A stretch of DNA of 64,000 nt, taken from positions 7,113-71,112 of the forward strand of contig CAYJRR010000004.1 of NCBI GenBank assembly GCA_964372275.1, written 5' to 3'. The position numbers were made by a program, and so were the translations under genes. The notes under the pieces were generated by a model. The model was given only the letters and a program-made list of their open reading frames with translations. It was not told the origin of the DNA and searched no databases. This document shows, in pieces, positions 32,485 to 42,120 of this stretch (position 1 is its first letter; the number at the start of each line of letters is the position of its first letter). The stretch is from an uncultured bacterium (lineage in GTDB: Bacteria > CAYJRR01).

Positions 32485-35208
32485 ATGCAGAGTGGACGAT
32501 TTGGGACAGCCCGACATGCGACCGTTCGCGCGGTGAGCCGCGTCACGCGGGTCGCCTTCCTGCTGCTCGGTCTCGCGTCGTGTCGGCGCGAGGGCGGCCC
32601 GCGCACGATCGACGACCTCGGCGTCGACCAGACGATCCGCCTCAACGGGCTTTCCGACCGCGTCGACGTCGTCCGCGACAAACTCGGCCGTCCCCACCTC
32701 TACGCCTCGAGCGAGGAGGACCTGGCGCGGGTGGTCGGATGGCTCCACGCCGAGGACCGCTTCGTCCAGATGGACCTGCAGCGCCGTTTCGCCGGCGGGA
32801 CGGTGGCGGAACTGGTCGGGGCGCTGGTTCCCGAGGCGGTTCAATCGGACGAGCGGATGCGGGCCATCGGCCTCGCGCGCACTGCGCAGCAGATCTACGA
32901 CGGGCTTCCGGCCGGCTCCGACCTGAAGGAGATGCTCGATGCCTACGCCGAAGGGGTGAACGCCAAGCTCGCCACCTTCAACGAGCCCCCGGCGCCGGAG
33001 TACGACATCTTCGGCTATCCGTTCGAGGAGACGCCGCCGTGGACGCCGGTCGATTCGCTGACCGTCGGGCGGCTCCTCTCGTTCACCCTGGCGTGGGACG
33101 GCGACGCCGAGCTCGCGATGCAGGAGGCGGTCGACGCCTTCTCCGCGGCCTTCCCCGAGGGGGACGCGCGCGCGGGGATCGTCGACGACCTGGTGCTGCG
33201 CATCGCGCCGACGGTGCCGGTCTCGATCGTCGATCCCGACCTCGAGCTCGTCTCCGCGAGCGGCGCCTCGTCGAGGAGCGGCGTACGGCCGCGCGCCCCG
33301 ATCTCACGCGAGGTGGTGCGCGGCGCGCGCGCCTTCGCCGAGGCGGTGCTGCACGACCGCTGGAACCCGTTGCGCGGCATCGACAACGGATCGAACAACT
33401 GGGTCGTCGGCGGATCACGGACCAAGAGCGACCATCCGCTGCTGGCGAACGACCCGCATCTGGGGATCGAAAACCCGCCGGTCTGGTACGAGGTGCATCT
33501 CGACACCCAGCGGGCGGGGGGCGACTACGAGGTCGTCGGCGTCTCGCTTCCGGGGGTCCCGCTGGTGATCCTCGGCGCGAACGATTCGGTCGCCTGGGCG
33601 ATGACCAACCACGAAGCCGACGTCACCGACGTCTTCGTCGAGCGCTACTCCGTCGGCACCGGCGCCGGCGGCGTCGACCAGGTGGAGTGGGACGCCGACG
33701 GACCGGGGGGCGAAAGCCCCGCGTACGTCGACCTGGTGAAGGAGGAGCACGTCATCCAGCGGCGGATCGACGCCGAGACGGTGGAGAACCTCGACTACAC
33801 CGTCTGGCGGACGGCGCACCGGAACGGCGTCGTCATCCCGGGCTCGGTCGTCGCCGGGACGGCGCTTTCCTGGGCCTGGACCGGCTTCGAGGCGACGAAC
33901 GAGATGGCGGCGATCCACGGTCTTTCGCGCGCCACCTCGGCGGCCGAAGTGGTCGCGGCGGCGGCCGACTTCGAGGTCCCGAACGAGAACCTGGTCTATG
34001 CCGACGTCGCCGGGAACATCGGTTACGTGGCGAACGGCCTCTACCCGGTCCGCGCCGACGACGACGGCGATCTCCACACCGATCCGCCGCTGCTTCCCGT
34101 CCCCGGGTACGACGGCGCGCACGAGTGGATCGGCTGGGTCGCCGCCGGGGACGTGCCGGCCGAGTCGAATCCGGTACGCGGCTGGATCGCGTCGGCGAAC
34201 AACGATCCGCTGGGGCATAGCTTCGACAACGACCCGTTCGACGATCCCGTCTACATCGGCTCCAACGTGCACGACATCGGCTTCCGCGCGGCCCGCATCT
34301 CGGAAGTGCTCGACGACGCGAGCGAGTTCACCGTCGGCGACATGCAGGCGCTGCAAGGGGACCACGTCTCGAACGTCGGCCGGCGGATGCTCCCGTTCCT
34401 GCTCGAATCGCTCGGGGACGACTTCGCCGACGAGGCGGCGCTGCTCGAGGGCTGGAGCACCCGAGGCTTCCGCGCCGCCTCGGGGGTCGGCGACGACGTC
34501 CCGTCGGCGGAGGTCGACGACGCCGCGGCGACCTCGCTGTTCAACATCTGGCTCTACTGGATGCTGTGGGGGGCGTTCGGCGATGAGATGGAGGCGGCCG
34601 AGAGCTGGCTCGGCGACCAGGAGCTGCTGCGCGGCGCCTTCTTCCTCCTCGAGCACCCGACCGAGGCCGCGACCTACGACGAGACGACGCAGGAGCCTGC
34701 GCTGTGGGACGACGTGACGACCGGCCCCGTCGAATCCCGCGACGAGATCTTCGTCGAGGCGTTCGAGAACGCGCTCGACTGGCTCGCGTCGGACGCGGGC
34801 TTCGACTCCTCCGACCCGGACGACTGGCGGTGGGGACTGCTGCACCGGCTGGTGATCGCGCGGGTCTCGACGCTGTCGAACTACGACATCCCCGACCCGT
34901 TCGATCCCGAGTTGGGGGACGGCTTCCCGCGCCACGGCGACCTCTACAACGTCGACGTCGGAAACTGGTCGATCTATGGGACCGGCTTCGGCTACACCCA
35001 CGGCGCGTCGATGCGCCTGGTCGTCGACCTGACGCCGGGACGGGTGCGGGTCTTCAACGCCCTTCCCGGCGGCGCCTCCGCCGACCCCGCGAACAAGCAC
35101 TTCGACGACCAGGCCACCCGCTACGCCGCCAACCGCTCGTTCGAGTTCTGGTCCCGCGAGCGGGACGTGGCCGGCCACGCCGAGCGGCGCATCCTTTTCC
35201 TCCCCTGA
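32485..35208 (+). CDS. penicillin acylase family protein (Ntn-hydrolase; possible AHL/penicillin amidase), lipoprotein
   Basis: ATG at 32485. Lipobox LLLGLASC. The segment GSNNWVVGGSRT holds the N-terminal Ser nucleophile of the beta subunit. 907 aa. Confidence 0.8.
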   Translation: MQSGRFGTARHATVRAVSRVTRVAFLLLGLASCRREGGPRTIDDLGVDQTIRLNGLSDRVDVVRDKLGRPHLYASSEEDLARVVGWLHAEDRFVQMDLQRRFAGGTVAELVGALVPEAVQSDERMRAIGLARTAQQIYDGLPAGSDLKEMLDAYAEGVNAKLATFNEPPAPEYDIFGYPFEETPPWTPVDSLTVGRLLSFTLAWDGDAELAMQEAVDAFSAAFPEGDARAGIVDDLVLRIAPTVPVSIVDPDLELVSASGASSRSGVRPRAPISREVVRGARAFAEAVLHDRWNPLRGIDNGSNNWVVGGSRTKSDHPLLANDPHLGIENPPVWYEVHLDTQRAGGDYEVVGVSLPGVPLVILGANDSVAWAMTNHEADVTDVFVERYSVGTGAGGVDQVEWDADGPGGESPAYVDLVKEEHVIQRRIDAETVENLDYTVWRTAHRNGVVIPGSVVAGTALSWAWTGFEATNEMAAIHGLSRATSAAEVVAAAADFEVPNENLVYADVAGNIGYVANGLYPVRADDDGDLHTDPPLLPVPGYDGAHEWIGWVAAGDVPAESNPVRGWIASANNDPLGHSFDNDPFDDPVYIGSNVHDIGFRAARISEVLDDASEFTVGDMQALQGDHVSNVGRRMLPFLLESLGDDFADEAALLEGWSTRGFRAASGVGDDVPSAEVDDAAATSLFNIWLYWMLWGAFGDEMEAAESWLGDQELLRGAFFLLEHPTEAATYDETTQEPALWDDVTTGPVESRDEIFVEAFENALDWLASDAGFDSSDPDDWRWGLLHRLVIARVSTLSNYDIPDPFDPELGDGFPRHGDLYNVDVGNWSIYGTGFGYTHGASMRLVVDLTPGRVRVFNALPGGASADPANKHFDDQATRYAANRSFEFWSRERDVAGHAERRILFLP

Positions 35209-35353
35209 CTCCGGGCCGATCGACCGGACCGGCGGCCCACGACGGTTTCCCGTGTGATTTTGGCTTCCTGCGGGTAGAGTGCCGGCAACCGATCGCGGAC
35301 GATGCCCCCTCGATGACCGAGAGGAGACCGCGAGCGAGGAAGGTGGGCTACGC

Positions 35354-35776
35354 ATGGGTACCAGGCTTTTCGTCGGAAATCTTTCGTTCGGCACCACGGA
35401 GGAGACGCTCCGTGAGGCGTTCGCGGCGAACGGCCGCGAGGTCCGCGAGGTCTCGATCGTCACCGACCGCGACACCGGCCGTCCGCGCGGCTTCGGATTC
35501 GTCGAGATGAGCTCCAACGAGCACGCGCAGGCGGCGATCGCCGAGCTCGACGGCAAGAATCTCGACGGCCGTGCCATCAAGGTGAACGAAGCGCGCGAGC
35601 GCTCGTCCGGCGGCGGCGGGTTCGGCGGCGGACGCGGCGGATTCGGCGGCGGGGGCGGAGGCTACGGCGGGGGCGGCTTCGGCGGCGGCGGAGGCTGGGA
35701 AGGTGGCGGTGGCGGAGGCGGCGGGGGCGGCCGCGGGGGTCGCGGCGGTCGAGGAGGCGGAGGTCGGGGTCGGTGA
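35354..35776 (+). CDS. glycine-rich RNA-binding protein (RRM domain)
   Basis: ATG at 35354 with a GAGGAAGGTGGG ribosome-binding site. The RNP2 motif is LFVGNL and the RNP1 motif is RGFGFVEM. The C-terminal tail is Gly/Arg-rich. Confidence 0.85.
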   Translation: MGTRLFVGNLSFGTTEETLREAFAANGREVREVSIVTDRDTGRPRGFGFVEMSSNEHAQAAIAELDGKNLDGRAIKVNEARERSSGGGGFGGGRGGFGGGGGGYGGGGFGGGGGWEGGGGGGGGGGRGGRGGRGGGGRGR

Positions 35777-35958
35777 GCGGACGCGGACGGATGACGATCA
35801 CCAAGCGCCAGAAGGAACGCGCGAGGGAGGAACGCCGCAAGGAGAAGGCCGACCGGGCCGCGCGCCGCAAGCTCGAGAAGAGCGAGCGCCCGCGCGAAGA
35901 CGGCGTCGACCCCGACATCGCGGGGATCGTGCCCGGCCCGCAGCCGATCCCGGAGTGA
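35773..35958 (+). CDS. small basic (Lys/Arg-rich) hypothetical protein
   Basis: GTG at 35773 overlaps the RRM gene's stop (GTGA); an ATG at 35791 is an alternative start. 55-61 aa and highly charged. Confidence 0.35.
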   Translation: MSGRGRMTITKRQKERAREERRKEKADRAARRKLEKSERPREDGVDPDIAGIVPGPQPIPE

Positions 35959-35992
35959 CCGACTGCGACCGACCGTAAGACGGATCGCTCGG

Positions 35993-37213
35993 ATGGAGAC
36001 GGGAACGAGGGAGCGGCAGGCGGTCTTCGTCATCGCCGACATCAGCGGCTACACGCCGTTCATGGCGCAGCACAAGAAGGCGCTGGCCCACAGCCAGATG
36101 GTCATCTCGGCGCTGCTGCAGACGATCCTCGAGCAGTGTGACTCCGGGCTCCAGGTCGCCAAGCTCGAAGGGGACGCCGCGTTCCTCTACGCCTTGCGCG
36201 ACGGCGGCGAGAAACAGCTCGGTCGCCGGCTGCTGGCAATCGTCGACCGGTTCTGGCACAAGCTCGCCGAGCTGACGGCCACCAGCATCTGCAACTGCGA
36301 CGCCTGCACCACCATCGATCGCCTGCGCCTAAAGATCGTCGTCCACGCGGGGGAGGCGCTGTTCTACAAGATCGGCGCCTTCGAGGAGCTGTCCGGCTTT
36401 GACGTGATCGTGGCGCACCGGCTGCTCAAGAACTCGGTCGAGGCGGACCAGTACATCCTCCTGACCGAGGAGGCGTATCGGGCGATCGAGTTCGGCGAGG
36501 CGATCCACGCGCAGGGATCGGAGAGCTACGACGGCATCGATCCGATCCGGACCTACGTCCACTTCCCCGCCGTCGAGCGGATCCAGTTCGGCGACGGAGT
36601 CCTCAAACCGTGGGCCTCCGGCGGGGTCGCGGTGGAGATCCTGCGCTACGAGGTGCGGAAGGAGTACGCGGAGGTCGCGACCTGCCCCACCAAGGGGTTC
36701 CACTTCCACACCGGTCGGCCGCTGGCGGCGATGTGCGGCTATCCGGCGGCGTGGATCGACGAGCTGCCGGCCGCCGCCGTCGAATCGATGGCCGGGACCG
36801 GCAATCCGTTCCAGGTCGGACCGCTCCGGGCGGGCGAGCGGGTCGTCGACGTCGGTTGCGGCGCCGGCGCCGACAGCCTGATCGCCGCGCGCCAGGTGGG
36901 ACCGAGCGGGCGCGTGAAGGGGTTCGACCTCACGCCGCAGATGGTCGCCAAGGCGAGGGGGTCGGCGGCGGAGGTGGGACTCACGAACGTCGAGTTCGCC
37001 GAGGCGGAGGCGGAGGCGATCCCGGTCGAGGACGGCTGGGCCGACGTCGTCATCTCCAACGGCGCGATCAACCTCTGCCCGGACAAGGGGCGCGTCTTCC
37101 GCGAGCTGTTCCGCGTGCTCAAGCCGGGCGGGCGGCTGCAGATCGGCGACATCGCCGTCGAGCGCGCCGTGCCGGAGAAGGCCAAACGCAAGCTCGACCT
37201 CTGGACCGGTTGA
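35993..37213 (+). CDS. DUF2652/nucleotide-cyclase-like domain fused to an ArsM-like SAM-dependent methyltransferase; the frame ends at an in-frame TGA that replaces a conserved Cys codon (candidate selenocysteine; a possible readthrough product would extend to 37384)
   Basis: ATG at 35993. Methyltransferase motifs are VVDVGCGAG, VISNGAINL and FRVLKPGG. The ORF ends LDLWTG-TGA. The next in-frame codons encode IAGALLEAELGQVVTEAGFEGFAV..., continuing the conserved ArsM C-terminus (LW.GC.AGAL). Confidence 0.7.
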   Translation: METGTRERQAVFVIADISGYTPFMAQHKKALAHSQMVISALLQTILEQCDSGLQVAKLEGDAAFLYALRDGGEKQLGRRLLAIVDRFWHKLAELTATSICNCDACTTIDRLRLKIVVHAGEALFYKIGAFEELSGFDVIVAHRLLKNSVEADQYILLTEEAYRAIEFGEAIHAQGSESYDGIDPIRTYVHFPAVERIQFGDGVLKPWASGGVAVEILRYEVRKEYAEVATCPTKGFHFHTGRPLAAMCGYPAAWIDELPAAAVESMAGTGNPFQVGPLRAGERVVDVGCGAGADSLIAARQVGPSGRVKGFDLTPQMVAKARGSAAEVGLTNVEFAEAEAEAIPVEDGWADVVISNGAINLCPDKGRVFRELFRVLKPGGRLQIGDIAVERAVPEKAKRKLDLWTG

Positions 37214-37222
37214 ATTGCCGGC

Positions 37223-37241
37223 GCTCTGCTGGAGGCAGAGC
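37223..37241 (+). promoter_or_regulatory. SECIS-like hairpin 9 nt downstream of the in-frame TGA (7-bp perfect stem GCTCTGC/GCAGAGC, loop TGGAG)
   Basis: Read directly from the sequence. A perfect inverted repeat sits immediately 3' of the UGA, and the apical loop contains GG. Confidence 0.4.
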
Positions 37242-37411
37242 TCGGGCAGGTGGTGACGGAGGCCGGGTTCGAGGGGTTCGCCGTCACGTGGCGCGCCGAC
37301 GTCTTCTCGGGCGCGCCGCAGTCCTCCAGCGCCCACAAGTTCGGCACCGTCGGCATCAACTTCACCGCCCGCAAGCCGGGCTGACGCACGCCGGATCGCG
37401 CGGATCCCGCG

Positions 37412-38389
37412 CTACGGATTCCAGAGATACCTGCCGGCCCGCACCGGTTGATCGGCGTTCGACGTGAACGCCCGTTTCGCCGGAACGGCCCCCCAGGTGG
37501 ACGGAAACGACTTCGCTTGACCGCCCTTCTCCCGGAGGCGCCAGTCGTGTTGATTGCCATCGCGCACGAAGGGGGGATCGGCGGGCGGGTCGAGCCTCCG
37601 AGGATCGAACTCCGGAGGAAGGGGTTCCACCACCGCGAGATGACCGTGGGACCCGGCGGAGGTCCGATCGGCCTGCGCGCCGATCACCACGCGCCCCTGG
37701 TTGGCCAGCTCCTGCGCGCGTTCCGGCGTCACCTTCTCCCACCGGCCGCAGCGGCGCGCCGCGCAGGACTCGAGCTGGTCGGCGATGTCGTTGGCCATCA
37801 AGGGCCGGCCGGCCGGCGTCGTGAACTCCGAGGCGCTCCACCCCGCCTCCCCCAGCCGCTTGCCCAGCTGCAGGAAGAAGTGCTTGCAGTTGAGGCTCAC
37901 CGCCGGGTCCGGGCGGAGCGTTCCGTCGGCGCCCGGCGTCCTGGGCCGCTTGCCCTTGGGAAGTCCGCCCTCGACGAACCCCTCTTTCCGGAAGCTCGCG
38001 GAGAGGTCGTTCAGGAGCGTGGTCAACTCCGCGGAGGTGCGACCGGCGTCGGCGACCGCGCCGGCGAAGCGCTTCGTGGCCGCGGTGTAGTCGCGGATCG
38101 CCTGCAGCAGATCGTTCTGCTCGGTCGTGCACTCGGCGTCGAGCGTCGATCCGACGGTGACCTCGACGCCCGCGCAACGGCGGTTGAAGGCGCCGGCCCG
38201 GTCCTTGAGCACGCGATGTCGGGCGGCCAGATCGGTCCGCCGGGCAAGGAGCGTCGACCGCGGCGGGTCGGGCACCCCTCGCGGGATCTCCACCGGAGTC
38301 GGAATCTCGGCGAGCGCCGCCGCCGGCGCCAGCGGGAGCAACGCCCACGCGACCGCGCGGCACCACCTTCCCCTCGCTCGCCCCGGCAT
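37412..38389 (-). CDS. secreted hypothetical protein
   Basis: ATG at 38389. Signal peptide MPGRARGRWCRAVAWALLPLAPAAALA. 325 aa with protein-like composition. Confidence 0.5.
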   Translation of the reverse strand: MPGRARGRWCRAVAWALLPLAPAAALAEIPTPVEIPRGVPDPPRSTLLARRTDLAARHRVLKDRAGAFNRRCAGVEVTVGSTLDAECTTEQNDLLQAIRDYTAATKRFAGAVADAGRTSAELTTLLNDLSASFRKEGFVEGGLPKGKRPRTPGADGTLRPDPAVSLNCKHFFLQLGKRLGEAGWSASEFTTPAGRPLMANDIADQLESCAARRCGRWEKVTPERAQELANQGRVVIGAQADRTSAGSHGHLAVVEPLPPEFDPRRLDPPADPPFVRDGNQHDWRLREKGGQAKSFPSTWGAVPAKRAFTSNADQPVRAGRYLWNP

Positions 38390-38393
38390 CGGT

Positions 38394-39386
38394 CTACTCG
38401 ATCGGCTGGAAGGTCCGGATCCGGTCCTTCTCCAGGTATTCGTCGTAGGCGATCTGCGAGTCGAGCTCGCTCCGCTTCTGCTTCAGCACGACCTCCATCT
38501 TGTCGCCCGTCGCCTTGTCGATCGTCCCCGCCGCTTTCGCCCGTCGAAGCTCCTCGAGGCGCCGCTCCGCCTCCTCCCGCGCGCGCAGGTGCTCCGCCTT
38601 CGACTTCTGGATCTGGATCCACGCTGGATCCTTCTGGATCCCCGCCGGAAGTCCGGCGGGCGCCGTCGGCTCCACCGGCTCGGCCCAGATCGCGTCGTCC
38701 TCGCGCCGCGAGCCGCCGTCGAAGGTCGACTGCGCGCTTTGGCCCGTCGTCGCGTTCTTGAGCTGGCCGCGCGCGCCGGTCGCCGCCTTGGGGGCCTTCG
38801 CCGGGCGATCCGGTACGGCTCGGCCCGGACCACCGCCCAGCCCGAAGAACGTACTCCCGGACGGACGCAGGCCGTCGTCGACCTCCTTGAGCTGGGCCAC
38901 CAGCGCCGCATGCGACGCTTCGAAACGACGCCGTTCCGCGGCCGCCGCCGCTTCGGCCGCCGCCTGTTGGCGCAGCGCCTGCTGCTGCGCCTCGAACGCG
39001 TCGGGGCCGTCCGGAGCGATCCCCCCTCCGCCCGACGGCGCCGAGGCCGCCGGCGTCGACGACGGTTTCTTCGAAAAGGCCTTCTGGAGACCCTTGAAGA
39101 GGAGCTGCCCGGCCATGTTGCCCGCCGTTCCGGCCGCCGTTTCCAAGGCGTTGCCTCCGGGAACCACGGCGGGGGCCGCGCCACCGTCGGAGGTGCAATG
39201 CCCCTCGTGCGACTTGCCCGATTCGGCGTCCATCCAGCCGCCGTGGCCGGGCAGCGGGCAGTAGCATCCTTTGCCCCACTCGCACCGCGCGCACTCCGCG
39301 CTCGCCGTGACCGGCGCGGCCAGCATTCCGAACGACGCGATCAGCGAGGAAAGGAGGAGTACGTTCGATCGGCGGACGGCAGCCAT
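38394..39386 (-). CDS. secreted hypothetical protein (Cys-rich N-terminus, coiled-coil C-terminus)
   Basis: ATG at 39386 with a GAGG ribosome-binding site. Signal peptide present. Cys cluster CARCEWGKGCYCP. Confidence 0.5.
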   Translation of the reverse strand: MAAVRRSNVLLLSSLIASFGMLAAPVTASAECARCEWGKGCYCPLPGHGGWMDAESGKSHEGHCTSDGGAAPAVVPGGNALETAAGTAGNMAGQLLFKGLQKAFSKKPSSTPAASAPSGGGGIAPDGPDAFEAQQQALRQQAAAEAAAAAERRRFEASHAALVAQLKEVDDGLRPSGSTFFGLGGGPGRAVPDRPAKAPKAATGARGQLKNATTGQSAQSTFDGGSRREDDAIWAEPVEPTAPAGLPAGIQKDPAWIQIQKSKAEHLRAREEAERRLEELRRAKAAGTIDKATGDKMEVVLKQKRSELDSQIAYDEYLEKDRIRTFQPIE

Positions 39387-39393
39387 GGAGACC

Positions 39394-40719
39394 TCAGTAT
39401 CCGATGGAGGGTTGGGCGGCCGGCGCATGGCTCGAAGCGTCCGGCATCGTCGGCGGGTGCGCCGGCGCATCCGGCTTGGACTTCAGGGTCCGGATCTTGG
39501 CGCGAACGGCCTCGGCGTCGGCGGCGCGCGGCTCGAGCTGAAGGTAGAAGCCCAGATAGCGCACCGCCTCCTTGTACCGGCCGGCCCCTTCCAGCGCCAG
39601 GGCGGAGTTGAAGTAGGCGGTGCTCCACGCGGGGGCCTTCTGCACCGCCAGCTCCATCTCCTTCACCACGACGTCGTAGCCGGCCTCGTTGTGCACCTGG
39701 CGGAACGACTGCTGTCCGCGGATCATCGCCTCGCGCGCGACCTCCGGAACGGGCGGGATCGGTCCTCCACCGGACGCGAGTGCGGTCACGTACTTCGCGC
39801 GCAGGCGCCGGTCGACCTGCCCGCCGATGGTCGAGTTCTCGAGGGCCTCCCGCCAGGCGTCGAGCATCGCTTCGCGATCCCCGCGCCGCTCGGCGTCGTT
39901 CCCCCGCTGTTCGGCGGCCTTGCCCACCGTGCGCTCGGTGATCCGGCCGACGAGCCACGACCCGTCGGCGCGAATCTCCGCGGACAGACGATTGAGCAGG
40001 CGCGTGAGCACCCGCTGCGTCGAAGCCTTTACCGTCTCCCCGGAGAGCGGCGCGTTCAACAGCGCCGAGCCGCCGCCGAAGATCCCCGCGCCGAGGAAGA
40101 AGCATCCGATCGCCCGGCCCACGGCGTGACTGGGGTCGGGGGCGGTGCGGATACCGTAGATCTCGCTTCCGACCGCCCCCACGAATCCGAGGATGTAGGT
40201 GGACCAGAAGTTGAGGGCGATCGACCGCTTCGGCGTCTCCGGATCGGACGCCACGTAGCGCTTCACCACCCGGCCCGTCTCCGGGTCGACGAAGGAGAAG
40301 GCCAGCTCTCCGACGGTGTCCCCCGACCGGCCGAGAAAGGTTCCTCGAACGCCGAAGACGCCGGGGGTGCGCACGACGGCGACGCGATAATCGACTTCGC
40401 GGGGTCCGCTCCCCCTGGCTCCGTACGACACCTGCTCGATCGCGGATCCCAGCGCCACCATCACGGCGTTGGTCAGCGCGGGCTCGAGCTGGAGCTCGAC
40501 CTTCGTCGCCGGATTGAACTTCACCCGTTGCACGTAGGCACCGAGGCCGCTGCCGTCGACCTCGATCTTGAGCGGGAGCTTCGGACCCGCCGCCGGCGGC
40601 GGCCGGTAGAAATCGGTACGGAGAGCGCCGCGATGCGTGCAACCGACCGCAAACAGAAGGAGCAGTCCCAGGAAGGGGCTCCGCCTCGTCGGCATCGCCT
40701 TTGGCAACGATGATTTCAT
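39394..40719 (-). CDS. lipoprotein with C-terminal TPR-like region
   Basis: ATG at 40719; an ATG at 40695 is the alternative. Lipobox LLLLFAVGC. Confidence 0.55.
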   Translation of the reverse strand: MKSSLPKAMPTRRSPFLGLLLLFAVGCTHRGALRTDFYRPPPAAGPKLPLKIEVDGSGLGAYVQRVKFNPATKVELQLEPALTNAVMVALGSAIEQVSYGARGSGPREVDYRVAVVRTPGVFGVRGTFLGRSGDTVGELAFSFVDPETGRVVKRYVASDPETPKRSIALNFWSTYILGFVGAVGSEIYGIRTAPDPSHAVGRAIGCFFLGAGIFGGGSALLNAPLSGETVKASTQRVLTRLLNRLSAEIRADGSWLVGRITERTVGKAAEQRGNDAERRGDREAMLDAWREALENSTIGGQVDRRLRAKYVTALASGGGPIPPVPEVAREAMIRGQQSFRQVHNEAGYDVVVKEMELAVQKAPAWSTAYFNSALALEGAGRYKEAVRYLGFYLQLEPRAADAEAVRAKIRTLKSKPDAPAHPPTMPDASSHAPAAQPSIGY

Positions 40720-40724
40720 GTGGA

Positions 40725-41264
40725 TCAAATCGACACGGCGATCAGCGCGAGCAGCAGGATGAGCGCCACCCCCACCGCCGTGAAGTACATGTTCCTCCAT
40801 TGCCGCGTGTCGCTCTCCGCGCTCGACGCCGCCATCGCGGGCGGATCCGCGGCCACGCGCTCGGTAACCGCCACCGGGGTCTCCGGCGCGACGGCCGACC
40901 GGTCGCCGGCGAGCTCGGCCTGCGTGTCGGGTGCGACGGGAGCCACGTCGACGGAGAGCGACGTCGGGCGGCTCCCTGCCGCCGTGTCGATGTCCTCCGC
41001 TTCGTCGACCGCGATGGCGGCGCGCAGCTCGTCGTAGAAATCGGCGCGCTCTGCGATCGACGGCTCGAACCCCGCGCGCGACCGGACATCGATCCGGGCC
41101 CCGACCGGCCCGCGAACGGTTCCGTGGATCATCGCCCCATCGAGGTCGATGGTTTCGACCCGAGGCACCGCCCGCCCGGCGGTCGAAGAAAGCAGGACCG
41201 TCACGAGCCATGCCCAAGTGAACCGCTGGAGCGATCGAGCTTCGACGATGCGATCGAATCTCAT
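40725..41264 (-). CDS. hypothetical membrane-anchored protein
   Basis: ATG at 41264 with a GGGAG ribosome-binding site. N-terminal signal peptide and a C-terminal transmembrane helix. Confidence 0.5.
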   Translation of the reverse strand: MRFDRIVEARSLQRFTWAWLVTVLLSSTAGRAVPRVETIDLDGAMIHGTVRGPVGARIDVRSRAGFEPSIAERADFYDELRAAIAVDEAEDIDTAAGSRPTSLSVDVAPVAPDTQAELAGDRSAVAPETPVAVTERVAADPPAMAASSAESDTRQWRNMYFTAVGVALILLLALIAVSI

Positions 41265-41292
41265 GGCGATCTCCCTATTGCAGCGGCCACGC

Positions 41293-42108
41293 TCATTTTT
41301 CCCGGGTGCGGAACTTCGGATTCCAGGTGAAGCGGACGAGGTAGAGGTCGTAGGGATCGTTTCCGTCGACGGCCGGCGCATGCTGCCAGACAAGCCCCAG
41401 CCAGGTCGCGACCGCGCCGGCGCCGACGTCGAGACCCAGCGACTCGGTGAGGTAGGGCGCCAGGCGGCGGTGCGTCCTGTCGAGGTTGTCGGGGTACGGA
41501 CCGGGTCCGATCGTCGTGAGGGTACTCCTCCCGTTCCAGACGTAGGCGACGCTCGCCATCGGAGCGACCAGGAACCGATCGCCGTAGGTGAGATGAATCG
41601 AAATCGGCGCGGAGAGGGCGGTGGAGTGAATCGTACCGTCTCCTTCGTCCAACACTCCCCACGCGATGCGAGTCGTCGCCGACGTCAATCCGGCCTGGAC
41701 GACGCAAAACGCCCGGTCCGAGACCAGTCGTTTCCAACCGATTGCAGTCTGTAGCGCCAAGTCGTCGGCGGTGGCGTTGTTCCACTCACCGTCGACCCGG
41801 ATCCGAGCGTGACTGCCGATTCCGTGGAGGATTGCGCCGAACTCCCACGACCAGGTTCGGCTGATGCCGAGATGCAACCCGCCCAAGAGCCCGAAGCCGG
41901 TGTTGTAGGAGAAATCCCGTTCGTCGGCGACGACCGTATCGAAACCGACGACGAGCCGGAAATCGAGCGTCGAGTAGTAGCCGCGCTGCATCGGGGGAGG
42001 CGTCCAGCGAACCGAGCGCGGGACCGACGCCTGCGCGGCAGCCGACGACGAGGCGACTGCCAGCCCGCCGGCGAACGCAATCGACTGAAGAAAACGATGG
42101 CTTCGCAT
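41293..42108 (-). CDS. outer-membrane beta-barrel-like protein, hypothetical
   Basis: Signal peptide present. Alternating hydrophobic residues and a C-terminal aromatic residue are consistent with an outer-membrane protein. Confidence 0.5.
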   Translation of the reverse strand: MRSHRFLQSIAFAGGLAVASSSAAAQASVPRSVRWTPPPMQRGYYSTLDFRLVVGFDTVVADERDFSYNTGFGLLGGLHLGISRTWSWEFGAILHGIGSHARIRVDGEWNNATADDLALQTAIGWKRLVSDRAFCVVQAGLTSATTRIAWGVLDEGDGTIHSTALSAPISIHLTYGDRFLVAPMASVAYVWNGRSTLTTIGPGPYPDNLDRTHRRLAPYLTESLGLDVGAGAVATWLGLVWQHAPAVDGNDPYDLYLVRFTWNPKFRTREK

Positions 42109-42120
42109 CGACCTCGCGAC

